A DNA stretch of 55,529 nucleotides from a virus (taxonomy: Duplodnaviria; Caudoviricetes). This document shows, one piece after another, positions 7,599 through 17,947 of this stretch (the first letter of the stretch is position 1; each line of letters starts with the position of its first letter). Location of the stretch: the IMG/VR virus record IMGVR_UViG_3300019871_000002, positions 1 through 55,529 of that record; one strand, given 5' to 3'. A program made the position numbers and the translations under genes. The notes beneath the pieces were generated by a model. That model worked only from the letters and a program-made list of their open reading frames with translations. It was not told where the DNA came from and did not search any database.

Positions 7599-10500
7599 TT
7601 ATCTTCCTGTGATGATAGCTACGGTCTGGGTGACCATTGACGGCAAAATGTCATTGGAGAAAAATTCGATATCGCCGCCGTCATCGATATCAAACCGTAA
7701 GAAGAAGCCCGGAGTCACGGTCAACGTTGCCGTGAGACCATCCGTGACATCATCGCTTAGTGCTACCGCGAATGGTGAGCCGGGTGGCAGGAAGTTCGAT
7801 ATGTCGAACCCGAACGAGTCACCAACATCACCGTCGGAGAAATCGATCGAGACGAACTCACCCTGATTACCTCGATCGGTCAGATTAAACACGACCTGAG
7901 CAAGGTTGGGTGACGACCCGAACGCTGGCCCGGAGTTGAGCACCATTCGCCAAATGACATGGCCTGTGGTGTCCCCAGCCGCTGTCAGATTGAACCCCTG
8001 ATTGGTCGAGGGTACTAATGGGTTCAACGCCTGTTGTCGCGGAGCGATCATCGCGTGGCAGTTTTCGGTGAACGACCACGGATCTCCGATCGCGGTGAAG
8101 TGTGCGTTGTCGTCTGAGAATTCCCAATGCCACGTACCATAGTGATCCGGTACACCGGGTACGGTGTAGCTCTCGAGCTGGTTGGGTGTCCAGAAGCACA
8201 AATGGTTCGGTGTGACGGAACGCGGGAACGTGAATTGTATCCATTGACCTGCGTTCGTGATCGCACCGCCGCCCGATGTCGCTTGAAAATGCGAATAGTT
8301 TCCCTTGGGCCCTGCTGCTCCTGCGTTCTGATAATCATACACGCCGTCGAGCAGCCCGCTGTACGGGAGATCGCTGCCCGGACTGATGCCCGAGGACGTT
8401 GTGATCACGACATGTTTGTCGGACCTCATGCCGCTGAGGTTTCTACGATCGCCGCCGTCAAGGTTCGAATGCGCGATTTTGATAAACAACTCGTCAGCCA
8501 TAAAGCCGCCGGGGAACGATGCGTTATGGCTCGAGTTAACCAACGCATACATGGGCCACGGTATGGGACTCTTGGGTGTGAACTCTATCTTACCAAGATT
8601 TAGATTGAATTGATTGGGCTGCGACCACTGCAGGCCATTGAACTCGTTGGCGTAGGATCCGGGGAACGTTGCACCCGGCCGCAGACCGCCTTGCAGCTGC
8701 CAGATGTCCGCGACTGTCGCGGCCTGGCCAGATGCACTAACCCATTGCAATCCGTGTAGTTCGACGCCCCAACTGCCGAAATGAAACCACCAGTTGGCAC
8801 CGGCGGGGAGGTCCCCCGGGTCTGAGCTGAAATGATCGCCAGCAGCCGCAGAGAAGTTATTGTTGAATGCGCTCGTTGGTGTGCCGCCCTTCAAGCCCCC
8901 ATTAACTCCCGTCGCAAGCATGCCATTCGCGATGCGGTCACCTCGACCCCATACCGAGTCGTAATCGGACTCGATGAAGCGCAGCGAGCTATTTAGCGCG
9001 AATTGAAACTCAACAAGCTTATCGCCATTTGGACCGTCGTTCTTACCGAAGATCAGCCGGTAGTAGCGATACTTAAGAGACGGGTCAATACCAGTCGCGA
9101 TCGGAACACCGGACGATAAAGCTGCACCATTGACAAACCCGAGATCGACATCCGGAATGACTTGACCTAATGCGTCCAACCCCATGAAAGCGTGCGCTTG
9201 ATCATTAGCATCCAAATTTGATGCGATAATGTGCGAATCTCCGAGCGAGTCTCCAGCAAGGTTGGTGCCGCTCCAGACATCGAAGCCAAGTGGTGGAGTT
9301 TCTATAAACGCACTGGGACTCAGCGCGAGTGTCACATGATTGACGACCGAAACAGTCGTGGTCGTGGTTTGCAAGAAAAATTGGGTGCCAGCCGGATAGT
9401 TCGGTCTAAAATTAAATCCACCGACACCTGTAGCCGGATCGGCGGTAGCACTATTGTTCCAATTACCATTGTTGAGTCGGCCCCAAATCATTCCCGCATC
9501 GAAGTCGATTGCGTAGCTAAGAGTCTTGCCGGATGGATCACCGAATGCGCCACCACTGATCGCCAGTGTGTTAGCACCCGATCTCATGAAGTTCCCGGCT
9601 TGAGTCACACCCATAAAGCCGCCCGTACCGGCGTCCGCTTGCTGACCAAGAGCAGTTGTTATTTGACCAAAGCCGATCCAGTTTGCTCCGGAATGGAAGT
9701 CACTGGCGATGGCGATGTTCTGAAACTCGACATAAAATTTGCCGGTTGACATTGAAGTGGTAGAGCGGACACCGGAGAAGTTATTACCGGGCCAAGTCGC
9801 GGTCAGATTATTATTCGTCAGATTGACATTAAGTTTATCGGCGGGGTTCCATGTTGCGTTAGAGCCGGACGATGTCTTATCGACATCTAAAAAGAGCGCG
9901 GCTAGCGAAACGCTCTCCCCGAAGTCAAATTGAATGAAGGGCAAGTTCCCCGGGTTCGAGGTCAGGGGGTCACTCGTTAGCACAGCAGACGACGTAAACG
10001 AAGACGCCAACGGTGTGTACGACGTGCTGAAGTCCCCATCGACCATGTTAAATACTGGGTCGTTCGAGGAGAACCCCACCTGCTTGATGGCGACCGAGTA
10101 GTCGGGGCTGATGTCGGACATCAACAGACCCGGCGAGATCGGCAAAGTACCGGCGGGCATCAAACGCATATATCGGAACAGGCCGGTCGTCAGCGGCATT
10201 GTATAGTAACCAATGTTAGGCTGACCTGGCGATACCACGATGCCCTCGATTTGGGGAGCGCCAGTGCTGCCGGTAAAAATATTGATGGTGCCTTCATAGT
10301 TGGGATCAGGAGGTGAGCCGGTATCGATGTCGCGGAACACTCCTGTCACGAAGTCATCGGGGCCGACCGCATCGGACCCATTGGTCGCGGGGTTATTCGA
10401 CAACACGACCTTGAAGTCGCCAAAGCCAAACGCCTGCTTCTGCAGACGGAAGAACTTCAGTTTCACCGGGTACCCGAAGTCGACTTGGATCCACGAATTG

Positions 10501-10622
10501 TTCGCAAGACCCGATGGGTTATCGAAGCCCCAGAAGGTCCCGGAATTCCCGTCAGCGATATTCGCGACCGAGTTCGCTAGATTGCGGAACCCGAATTGCG
10601 AGATGGCAGCAATAGCACCCAT
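7599..10622 (-). CDS. large tail/receptor-binding protein with SPRY and discoidin-like beta-sandwich domains
   Basis: SPRY-like NNNLTAT...SMSTGKFYVEF...AIDFDAGMIW. Repeated WIQ(V/F)xF...YRYYRL patterns. Confidence 0.75.
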   Translation of the reverse strand: MGAIAAISQFGFRNLANSVANIADGNSGTFWGFDNPSGLANNSWIQVDFGYPVKLKFFRLQKQAFGFGDFKVVLSNNPATNGSDAVGPDDFVTGVFRDIDTGSPPDPNYEGTINIFTGSTGAPQIEGIVVSPGQPNIGYYTMPLTTGLFRYMRLMPAGTLPISPGLLMSDISPDYSVAIKQVGFSSNDPVFNMVDGDFSTSYTPLASSFTSSAVLTSDPLTSNPGNLPFIQFDFGESVSLAALFLDVDKTSSGSNATWNPADKLNVNLTNNNLTATWPGNNFSGVRSTTSMSTGKFYVEFQNIAIASDFHSGANWIGFGQITTALGQQADAGTGGFMGVTQAGNFMRSGANTLAISGGAFGDPSGKTLSYAIDFDAGMIWGRLNNGNWNNSATADPATGVGGFNFRPNYPAGTQFFLQTTTTTVSVVNHVTLALSPSAFIETPPLGFDVWSGTNLAGDSLGDSHIIASNLDANDQAHAFMGLDALGQVIPDVDLGFVNGAALSSGVPIATGIDPSLKYRYYRLIFGKNDGPNGDKLVEFQFALNSSLRFIESDYDSVWGRGDRIANGMLATGVNGGLKGGTPTSAFNNNFSAAAGDHFSSDPGDLPAGANWWFHFGSWGVELHGLQWVSASGQAATVADIWQLQGGLRPGATFPGSYANEFNGLQWSQPNQFNLNLGKIEFTPKSPIPWPMYALVNSSHNASFPGGFMADELFIKIAHSNLDGGDRRNLSGMRSDKHVVITTSSGISPGSDLPYSGLLDGVYDYQNAGAAGPKGNYSHFQATSGGGAITNAGQWIQFTFPRSVTPNHLCFWTPNQLESYTVPGVPDHYGTWHWEFSDDNAHFTAIGDPWSFTENCHAMIAPRQQALNPLVPSTNQGFNLTAAGDTTGHVIWRMVLNSGPAFGSSPNLAQVVFNLTDRGNQGEFVSIDFSDGDVGDSFGFDISNFLPPGSPFAVALSDDVTDGLTATLTVTPGFFLRFDIDDGGDIEFFSNDILPSMVTQTVAIITGR

Positions 10623-10626
10623 GTGA

Positions 10627-11406
10627 TTATACTCGGTTGAACAGTAGGGTCAGCTGCAAGTCGCGAGCGTTTAGATCGATCGCGACAGGGGGCCCGACCT
10701 GTATCTCGTCTCCGACCGCGAATGCGACATCGGATGCGAATGTGAAGGTGGGGGTCGATGCGCCAGATGCGAAGTCAATAGACCCGATCAACGTGCCGTT
10801 GCCGTACAGGGGGAACGACAACGCAGCCGAACACGCGATGCGCAGCGATGCCTCAGAACCCACGAGGCCTGCGGCGATGGTCGTGGCTCGCACGAACTTG
10901 TGAGCGAACATATAGCCATCGGCTTGAATACCGATGCCCGGCTTGCCCGGATAGAAGAAGCCGACATCGTACACAAGAGTGTCGGCACCAAACACCTGAG
11001 TGAACAGCTTGTTGCCCGAGCCATCGACCGCATCAGGATTGAATGGGTCGTCCGTGTCGGTGTTCGCGACCAAGGTCATGAACAGGCCTTGGTTCGGCAC
11101 GTCGATTAGATCGAGGTCCGCGAGTATCATGCCCGGGATGTAGTCGCCTCGAAAGTTCAGCTTGGCAATCGGCAGTGTGAACGGGCCGAACGTCGACGCA
11201 TCGGTCAGAGTGATCAGGAGTTGTGAGCCGTTGACCGCAATGTTCGAAATCGACACGGCGGTCGGCGGCGATGTCTCCAACGCTTTCAGTCGCGTGTAGA
11301 GCTCGAAGAAATTATCGTCTGCCTCGTCTACCGTGAGAGGCGAGCCCTTGCCGGCGTTGCGCGGTGCCGGATGATCGTTTACATAGACAATGCCGTCGAG
11401 TGCCAT
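10627..11406 (-). CDS. tail fibre/adaptor protein
   Basis: N-terminal KGSPLTVDEADDNF fibre-attachment motif. C-terminal domain resembles that of 19769..21583. Confidence 0.7.
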   Translation of the reverse strand: MALDGIVYVNDHPAPRNAGKGSPLTVDEADDNFFELYTRLKALETSPPTAVSISNIAVNGSQLLITLTDASTFGPFTLPIAKLNFRGDYIPGMILADLDLIDVPNQGLFMTLVANTDTDDPFNPDAVDGSGNKLFTQVFGADTLVYDVGFFYPGKPGIGIQADGYMFAHKFVRATTIAAGLVGSEASLRIACSAALSFPLYGNGTLIGSIDFASGASTPTFTFASDVAFAVGDEIQVGPPVAIDLNARDLQLTLLFNRV

Positions 11407-11417
11407 TTGCTATTCCC

Positions 11418-11813
11418 TTAGGTGGAAGACTTGCGAACGTTGCCACGGGAGATGACTTCCGTGTTGTCGGTGTTGGTGTTGGTTGCGTACCGCAGTGTGA
11501 TGCGGGATTGATCGATCTGGTTGCGGGCCTGATACTCCGTGACGGCCTCGACATCCACGAACGTCGAATGATCGTCGGGGTTAAACACACGCACCACGTC
11601 AAAGGTGCGCTGGATTTCATCCGACTTGGGCCACTGCGTTGGCGGCGCCTTCTGATTGATCGATGCGCTCAACTGGAATGCGTTCTGTCCAGCCGACCCC
11701 CACACCGTCGGAACGTTGGGCTTCGCGACTACGGGGAACTGCAGACCGATCGGGGCAGGCGGGCGGATCGCACCTGCAACATACGGTCGAACAATCTGCT
11801 CAAGCTTAGTCAC
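11418..11813 (-). CDS. tail-associated hypothetical protein
   Basis: 131 aa, within the tail operon. Confidence 0.65.
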   Translation of the reverse strand: MTKLEQIVRPYVAGAIRPPAPIGLQFPVVAKPNVPTVWGSAGQNAFQLSASINQKAPPTQWPKSDEIQRTFDVVRVFNPDDHSTFVDVEAVTEYQARNQIDQSRITLRYATNTNTDNTEVISRGNVRKSST

Positions 11814-13668
11814 TCGGTGCCTCCAAATTGATTTGTTGTGGAACTATCAGGTCGGAAAGGCCAATCGCGACTTCCTGCTTGAACGGCCCGCCGGACATCG
11901 GGGCCATTAGCAGAGAGACCGTCGTCGGTATCGTGCCTAGGAGTGTCGATATCGCGGCCTGATCACCGTACACTCCTGAGATCGCCAAGATCGCGGCCTT
12001 CTGCACGTTCGCGTCATTCTTCACCGTGATGTCGAGCACGGCTTGATTGTTGCTCAATCCCCCTGCGAAGTTCAGACCGTCGTCGAATACGACACTGGGA
12101 TCCAACTGGAATTGCACGTCGCTTGTCGGGGTCAGACTGATTTGATTGTTGTGCTCTTGATACGCCGGATCGACATAGGCATCATCGACCCATGCGCCAG
12201 TGCCCGGAGATGAAGTGAAGGAGCCCCCGAAGCCGACAGCGCAGGCGATCGTCAGTGATGTCAGGGGGGTGCCGTCGCTGCCGTCGAGGTCGTGTGAGTA
12301 CGAAGTGATCTTGCCGATCGCTTGACCGCCGGGTAGACGCGGGTCGTGGATCAGAGCGTTCATGCGCAATGAGCACGGCAAGCCCAAATCGAATGTGGTC
12401 TGGTAGGTGATCGTGATCGCGCGTGCTTTCGCGAGCAGGTTCGCACGAGCGACCATGATCAAGTATTCGACGGACTGACGACCTCGGGCGCTATGCACAT
12501 AATCACGACCCGTCAAAGCACCCAATGGTATCGAGTCGTCAAAGGTGATATCCGATACGGGGTTCGCCGACAGCGTGAGCGCGATCGTCTCATCCGCATC
12601 ATCGTCGGTCATAAGCTCCTGCATGTCGGCCGACAACGTGAAGGTGACGACCTGCGCATACTGGACACCGCGCGTATATTGCAGCACGAGTTCGGGCACG
12701 CCCCACCCGATCGGTACGACGACGATTGTGTCCGTCCCCTGAATGCTGGCGCCATCCACGCCAGAATACGTCGTGCCCGTGAAGCCAATCGGGAACACGA
12801 TGGAACCCGTTGCAACTGGCGTGATGTCGCTGGTGTCGAATATGCCCGGGAAGATCAGAGGGGCCGCCGGCACTGACAGGAACGATTGATCCAGCAACTC
12901 GCCTACAGTCACGACCCAGCCATCGCCGATCGATGCGCCCGGCTTCGGCCATGAGCTCGCAAGACCCGTGAACGTAAACGAGGATATCTGTTGAAACTTC
13001 TGGCTTTCGAAGTTGCCGAAGAAGCCTAACACGTCTCGACCGAGATCAACGCTCCCCGTCGCAGACTGCTGCCACGGGATCGTTGCTTGCATCGTCACAG
13101 TCGACACGGGGGAGGCCTGCAGATTGACCTGCACGCCATCGTAGAAGATGTCGGATTGCTGGAACTCCACGACGCTATCGCCGACGATGATATCGGACGA
13201 AGTGACTTCATGCGTCACAGGATCGATATGCCACAACTCCGAACGCGCCTCGAGCACGGTGTCGTCATCGGACCACGAGTTTGGTGTGATGAAGATCGGA
13301 TCCCAAAAAGGCAGGTTGCGCATGGTAGCGGCCAATGCGGCCTTGCGCGCCAAGAAGTCCGAAGGCTTCGCGGTGAATACGAGCGTGATGGTGGTATCGA
13401 ATAGGTTGTCGGGCAGCGCGACTAGACGCCCCAACAGTCTCGGCACGATGGCAGTGCCGTTGAACCATGAAAACCACAACCATTGTTTGCGACCGGGTGC
13501 AAGCAATCCAATCTTCGGGTTCTTGATCGTGACCGACAATTGCGCAAAGTCACCCTCGGCCTGTGACATCGAGAACGAAAAAACGTCGAGGTCATCAACG
13601 TTGTGGATCGTGGGGTCGAATGCTGTGTCCGGGTCAACAAATGCGAAAAAGAAATTCCTCACCGACAC
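11806..13668 (-). CDS. tail tip/baseplate hub-like protein
   Basis: 620-aa beta-rich protein, second gene after the tape measure. Confidence 0.65.
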   Translation of the reverse strand: MSVRNFFFAFVDPDTAFDPTIHNVDDLDVFSFSMSQAEGDFAQLSVTIKNPKIGLLAPGRKQWLWFSWFNGTAIVPRLLGRLVALPDNLFDTTITLVFTAKPSDFLARKAALAATMRNLPFWDPIFITPNSWSDDDTVLEARSELWHIDPVTHEVTSSDIIVGDSVVEFQQSDIFYDGVQVNLQASPVSTVTMQATIPWQQSATGSVDLGRDVLGFFGNFESQKFQQISSFTFTGLASSWPKPGASIGDGWVVTVGELLDQSFLSVPAAPLIFPGIFDTSDITPVATGSIVFPIGFTGTTYSGVDGASIQGTDTIVVVPIGWGVPELVLQYTRGVQYAQVVTFTLSADMQELMTDDDADETIALTLSANPVSDITFDDSIPLGALTGRDYVHSARGRQSVEYLIMVARANLLAKARAITITYQTTFDLGLPCSLRMNALIHDPRLPGGQAIGKITSYSHDLDGSDGTPLTSLTIACAVGFGGSFTSSPGTGAWVDDAYVDPAYQEHNNQISLTPTSDVQFQLDPSVVFDDGLNFAGGLSNNQAVLDITVKNDANVQKAAILAISGVYGDQAAISTLLGTIPTTVSLLMAPMSGGPFKQEVAIGLSDLIVPQQINLEAPSD

Positions 13669-13669
13669 G

Positions 13670-14119
13670 TCAAATCTCCTCCGCTGTCATCGACCACGAC
13701 ACCGTTCCATCCCACTCGACGTGCGAGCCGGTAAAGGCTGTGATCATCATAATCAGAACGGGTCGATAGTACGTGTAATCCCCCTCGACCCGTGGTGACC
13801 CCGACACCGCTGGCCGCGCTGGGTGTACCACAGACACGTCGCTTGTCAGGTACGCGAGCTCTGCCGAGCAATGCACCTCGATCTGATCCCCCGGCCACAC
13901 CCCGTCAAGCGCTGGGGCTTCGACGTCTTGGCACGAGATCGTGGTCCTGTATTTCTTGAAGCCATCGAATGCGATGTTCTTCAAGTTGCCGTTGACCGTG
14001 CGCTTTACGTTTGCCGCTTGATCGATATGCTCAAGCGTCTGTGTGAGACCACGGGCTGAGTAAGGCGCGAGCCCCTGACCCAGTATCGTGAGTAGCGTCG
14101 AAAATCCCGGACCCGGCAT
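13670..14119 (-). CDS. distal tail-like protein
   Basis: Directly after the TMP with TAATG coupling. RTVNGNL motif. Confidence 0.65.
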   Translation of the reverse strand: MPGPGFSTLLTILGQGLAPYSARGLTQTLEHIDQAANVKRTVNGNLKNIAFDGFKKYRTTISCQDVEAPALDGVWPGDQIEVHCSAELAYLTSDVSVVHPARPAVSGSPRVEGDYTYYRPVLIMMITAFTGSHVEWDGTVSWSMTAEEI

Positions 14120-16143
14120 TATTGTTGACCCCCAACCCATGCGGGCTTGCGCCCAGCTGATGATACTTGTTTTGCGACTGCGAACTTCGTCATGCGGTCG
14201 GCGACGGCCTCGGGCATCTGCAGGCCTTGGAACGTCTCTCCCCCGATCGTCAAGTTCAGAACGCGATTAGACTTCGCGACAGACCCACCAGACGCGAAGC
14301 GCTGGATCGGCATCGTCGTCACAAGACCGCCGTTCGCAAACCCGGGGATTACGCCAGACAAATCCAACGCACCATTGTTGATCGCCTTCATGAAACCAAC
14401 ACCGTACTTCGCGACGGCCTTCGCACGAACCACGAACTCGTTATTGGACAGCCATGCAGGGATCGAGTCCGAGGTCTCTGAACCCGCGCCCCTGATCAGA
14501 CCACCACCCGCAGCCGAGACCGTGTTGCTCGAGTCGCCTCCTTGCGCGCCGTCCGATACCTGACCTTGTAGGCCAAGCAACGTCTTCGCTTTATCGATCA
14601 GGTCGCCGAAGAAGCCTTTGACCGTGTTCCACATGTTGGTCGCGCCAGACGTGATCTTGTCCCAACCAGCTTGGAACGCGGCCCCGATCGCGTTGCCGAC
14701 ATCAACGGCCATTTGCACAAGACTGTTGAAACCATCGACCAGCTGCTGCCACAATGCCTGCGCACCAGCAACGACCGCCGCCCACACGATCGCAAGGTTG
14801 CCCGGGAACGACGTAAAGAAACTCAGCACTGAATTGATCGCGTCAATTCCCGCAGTCTTCAACGTGTTGAACGCGGCTTGGATCGATGCGCCTAACGCCT
14901 TCCAGTCAACTGACACAGCGAGGGCAACGAGTGCCGCCGTGATCAACACGACTGCGATGATCAGTGGGCCCGACATGAACAACTGCAACACGCTGAACAC
15001 CTGCACGCCGATATTGATCACAGCAAACAACGCCGTAAAGCCGCCGGTCATCTGCAACACGACCGCAAGGATCAGGAGGAAGTTACCCGAGATGTTCGTG
15101 CCGAATGTATGGTTAATGAAGTCCGCGACCGTTTGCAGGATCGCGAGGAAGCCCTTGAAGGCCGGGACAATGACAGTCTGCACGACCTGAACCGCAGACT
15201 TGCCCATGTCGATCAGGAACACCGTGACTTGCTGGATCGACGGACCCGATGTCGTGACCAACTCATTCAAGGACTTTGCGGCCGTGTTGATCAGGGTGTT
15301 GATCTGCGGCATCGCTTGATCAATAAGGTTGATGATCTTGTCGACCAGCGTTGACAAGATGGGACCGAACGCATCACGCAAGGACTTCTGCACGGACAAC
15401 GACTGCTTGCCCAACGTGATCAAGGAGTTCGTCAGGTCGGTGCCGTAAATCTTGACCAGATGATTGAAGGCTTCGGTCTGCTCAGCCTGAATTTGCAACT
15501 TCTGGTTCTGCTCGAGGGTGACGCGCTGCGCTTCTTGCAACGCCTCGTGCGCCCGCTCCTGATCCTTGAACTTCTGGTTCAGGTCGGTAACAGCCTGACC
15601 ATAGGTGACGTAGTTCAGCTTGCCAGCCGCGAGGTCACGGTTGAGCCCTTGGATGCTGTTGTCGTATTCGACGGCCTGAGATGCGTTGCTCGCAACCTGC
15701 CTATTCAGTTTCTCCTGCTGCTTCGTCAATTCGGCGGTGAGATCCGTCGGAGCGCGCGTTGCGGCCGTGATCGATTGCGCGAACTTGGCAAGACCCGTGA
15801 TTGCGCCTAGAGCAGCCACGCCCACGCCGGCTATTTTGACGCCGAACGATGTCACGTCCCCCACGCCAGTACGCACAGCAGAGCCCAAGCTACGGGCGGC
15901 AGCTTCGATCGACGCTAAACGGTCAGCAGCACTGCTATCGGGGACCGCGTTTTGCACGCCCGATAGTGACTTCGTGATCTGGTCGGAGGCGCTCCCAACA
16001 GCATCAGCTGATTTCTGCGCGCTGGCCGCAAGCTTGTCGAGGGCGGCCGCTCCCTGATCACCGACGTTCTGCAGAGTGGCGACAGCATCGTCGCCGCCCG
16101 TGATGCTGATATTAGAAATTAGGTCTGGTGTGTCGTCAGCCAT
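14119..16143 (-). CDS. tail tape measure protein
   Basis: Ala/Gln-rich helical protein with W/F periodic repeats, TM segments and GGLIRGAGSETSDSIPAWLSNNEFVV. Confidence 0.88.
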   Translation of the reverse strand: MADDTPDLISNISITGGDDAVATLQNVGDQGAAALDKLAASAQKSADAVGSASDQITKSLSGVQNAVPDSSAADRLASIEAAARSLGSAVRTGVGDVTSFGVKIAGVGVAALGAITGLAKFAQSITAATRAPTDLTAELTKQQEKLNRQVASNASQAVEYDNSIQGLNRDLAAGKLNYVTYGQAVTDLNQKFKDQERAHEALQEAQRVTLEQNQKLQIQAEQTEAFNHLVKIYGTDLTNSLITLGKQSLSVQKSLRDAFGPILSTLVDKIINLIDQAMPQINTLINTAAKSLNELVTTSGPSIQQVTVFLIDMGKSAVQVVQTVIVPAFKGFLAILQTVADFINHTFGTNISGNFLLILAVVLQMTGGFTALFAVINIGVQVFSVLQLFMSGPLIIAVVLITAALVALAVSVDWKALGASIQAAFNTLKTAGIDAINSVLSFFTSFPGNLAIVWAAVVAGAQALWQQLVDGFNSLVQMAVDVGNAIGAAFQAGWDKITSGATNMWNTVKGFFGDLIDKAKTLLGLQGQVSDGAQGGDSSNTVSAAGGGLIRGAGSETSDSIPAWLSNNEFVVRAKAVAKYGVGFMKAINNGALDLSGVIPGFANGGLVTTMPIQRFASGGSVAKSNRVLNLTIGGETFQGLQMPEAVADRMTKFAVAKQVSSAGRKPAWVGGQQ

Positions 16144-16702
16144 TTGCAAATGCTTCCTTATAGAACTGAGATATGCGTGAAGCTACAGAGCGCGCGACAT
16201 CGCGCAAATGAAACTTGCGCGGGATCGTGACGTGATCCTTGCCGAAGTACTTGGCCTCAGCGGGCTGACCCTTGCCCTGCGACGCCATCAACAGCGGGGC
16301 CTTGCCCGGGCGATCGACACGAAACAGGTCCCCCGAATAATCGCGCGCCCTGACACCTTGCGCGTCGTCGGCGAATGACAGGGGAATCCACAGCATCGGC
16401 TTGCCCTGAATTGTCGCTCCAAACTCGAACACCCTCCAGAAGGTGACGGAGTGTGTAAATCGAATGTTGATATCAGATCGCGACTGAAACGAGACCTTCG
16501 CCTGCAGTCCCTGCTGCCATCGATCGGACGTGAACTTGCCGCTCGAGGCCATGTCGGCTTGACCTTCGGAGATAAGAGTGTCCGCAGCCTTTTGGGCTGC
16601 GGTCTGTGCGGCGACAATTTGGCGCTCACCAAATCGCTGCGTTCGGTTTTTAAACTGACGCCCGATCTGGTCCATGTTGTCAAAGCTGATCTTGATCGTC
16701 AC
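16136..16702 (-). CDS. HK97 gp10-like tail completion/neck protein
   Basis: FWRVFEFGATI...VTIP motif, resembling the gp10 'EFGT...P' pattern. Confidence 0.55.
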   Translation of the reverse strand: MTIKISFDNMDQIGRQFKNRTQRFGERQIVAAQTAAQKAADTLISEGQADMASSGKFTSDRWQQGLQAKVSFQSRSDINIRFTHSVTFWRVFEFGATIQGKPMLWIPLSFADDAQGVRARDYSGDLFRVDRPGKAPLLMASQGKGQPAEAKYFGKDHVTIPRKFHLRDVARSVASRISQFYKEAFANG

Positions 16703-16986
16703 TTTGCTTCCTCAGCTTGCTTCTTGATCCACTCCATATAGGAGCGGTCGTTGGCTTGCGCCATTCGCGCGACACGAGCGCCATTGATCTCCTCGCGCAG
16801 CTCCTCGCGGTAGATTAGTTCGGTCCACGCGGTGAGCTGCTTCGGAGTCATTCGCCAGCAGTCTCGGATGTCGTGGCCGTGCTTGACGAGTCGGGAGATG
16901 GCGCGGGCGACTTCGTAAGCGGGACCTTGCCACGCACGCCGGCCAAGTCCGCCGCTCTTGCCAGCGCGTCGAGAAAAGACTTTGGG
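16699..16986 (-). CDS. tail assembly chaperone GT extension (-1 frame)
   Basis: The -1 frame is open from the slippery C CCA AAG (16980-16986) to TGA at 16699: ...EVARAISRLVKHGHDIRDCWRMTPKQLTAW... Confidence 0.65.
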   Translation of the reverse strand, partial: PKVFSRRAGKSGGLGRRAWQGPAYEVARAISRLVKHGHDIRDCWRMTPKQLTAWTELIYREELREEINGARVARMAQANDRSYMEWIKKQAEEAK

Positions 16987-17315
16987 CCCTTGGGGAACGT
17001 GAGCTCGAATATCTTCTCGACGATTTCGGTCTGCTCACCAAGACCTAACTGAGTCATCGCGAACGCGATCGTTGAGGGGTCGCCCTGCATGCCCACACCC
17101 ATCGCGATGATCTCGCCGACCGTGTAGCCGAAGCGCGAGATCAGGCCCTTGAGTTCGGCCTGTTCGATTGCGACACCTGCGAACGCCTTCTGCAATTCGG
17201 GGAATGTCTGAAGCAGATGCACCAGACCGTCAGCCGTGATCCCCGATACTTCGAGGTCGGAGCCGCGGATCGTGACGGTCTTTTTGTTCGGTGCGATGTC
17301 AAGTAGCGATACCAT
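16848..17315 (-). CDS. tail assembly chaperone (G)
   Basis: Follows the major tail protein and contains an XXXYYYZ slippery site. Confidence 0.75.
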   Translation of the reverse strand: MVSLLDIAPNKKTVTIRGSDLEVSGITADGLVHLLQTFPELQKAFAGVAIEQAELKGLISRFGYTVGEIIAMGVGMQGDPSTIAFAMTQLGLGEQTEIVEKIFELTFPKGPKSFLDALARAADLAGVRGKVPLTKSPAPSPDSSSTATTSETAGE

Positions 17316-17377
17316 TTGGTTCTCTCTTTGTTGCGTTCACTGCACAATGCAGCGTAGTGTTGCCCACAATGGGCGGA

Positions 17378-17929
17378 TCAGGAGCCGGGCGCGACGTTCG
17401 TGAAGGTCACGAGTCCGAACTTGCCCACGTTCACGCCATCGGTGGCAGCGAGGACGTCGGCTGTGGTCTCCATATTGCCGAAAGCATCGGAGATAAAATC
17501 GATCGCGCCGGTCGGCGTGAACGACACATTGTAGAGATCGACCGTCATCTGCGGACCGACCTCGTTGGTGCCGACGAACTTCAATTCGCCGTTGATCGCA
17601 TCCTCGCTGAAGATCTCGACCGTCGGGTGCCCGCCGACTGCGAAACCGTCAGCGTCACCACAGAGCATCAGACCGAGGTTGTCGGCCGTGAACTCTTCCA
17701 TGACGATCTTGACCGTCGAGGCCTTCTCCAAGATGATCGTCAAGTCTTTCAGCTTGGTACCGGCGCGCGACGTGAAGTGGTCTAGCGTCGTAATGTTCGG
17801 GGTCAGCGTCATACCCGTGACGTTGCCCAGATCGCGGAAGGTGTCAGACCCTTCCTTCTTGAATGATAGAATCCCCTTGCCAACTTGAAGGTTGCCAATG
17901 TTCGGGGACGTCGTGCTGGGTGTCGGCAT
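17378..17929 (-). CDS. major tail tube protein
   Basis: VGKGILSF...RDLGNV...LDHFTSRAG pattern, and position. Confidence 0.82.
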   Translation of the reverse strand: MPTPSTTSPNIGNLQVGKGILSFKKEGSDTFRDLGNVTGMTLTPNITTLDHFTSRAGTKLKDLTIILEKASTVKIVMEEFTADNLGLMLCGDADGFAVGGHPTVEIFSEDAINGELKFVGTNEVGPQMTVDLYNVSFTPTGAIDFISDAFGNMETTADVLAATDGVNVGKFGLVTFTNVAPGS

Positions 17930-17947
17930 TGTCGTAGTGCTCCTTGG

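Noticed and set aside
9441-9448. GGCGGTAG ops core on the plus strand
   Set aside because: It is antisense within a tail gene, the wrong strand for the late transcript, and expected by chance.
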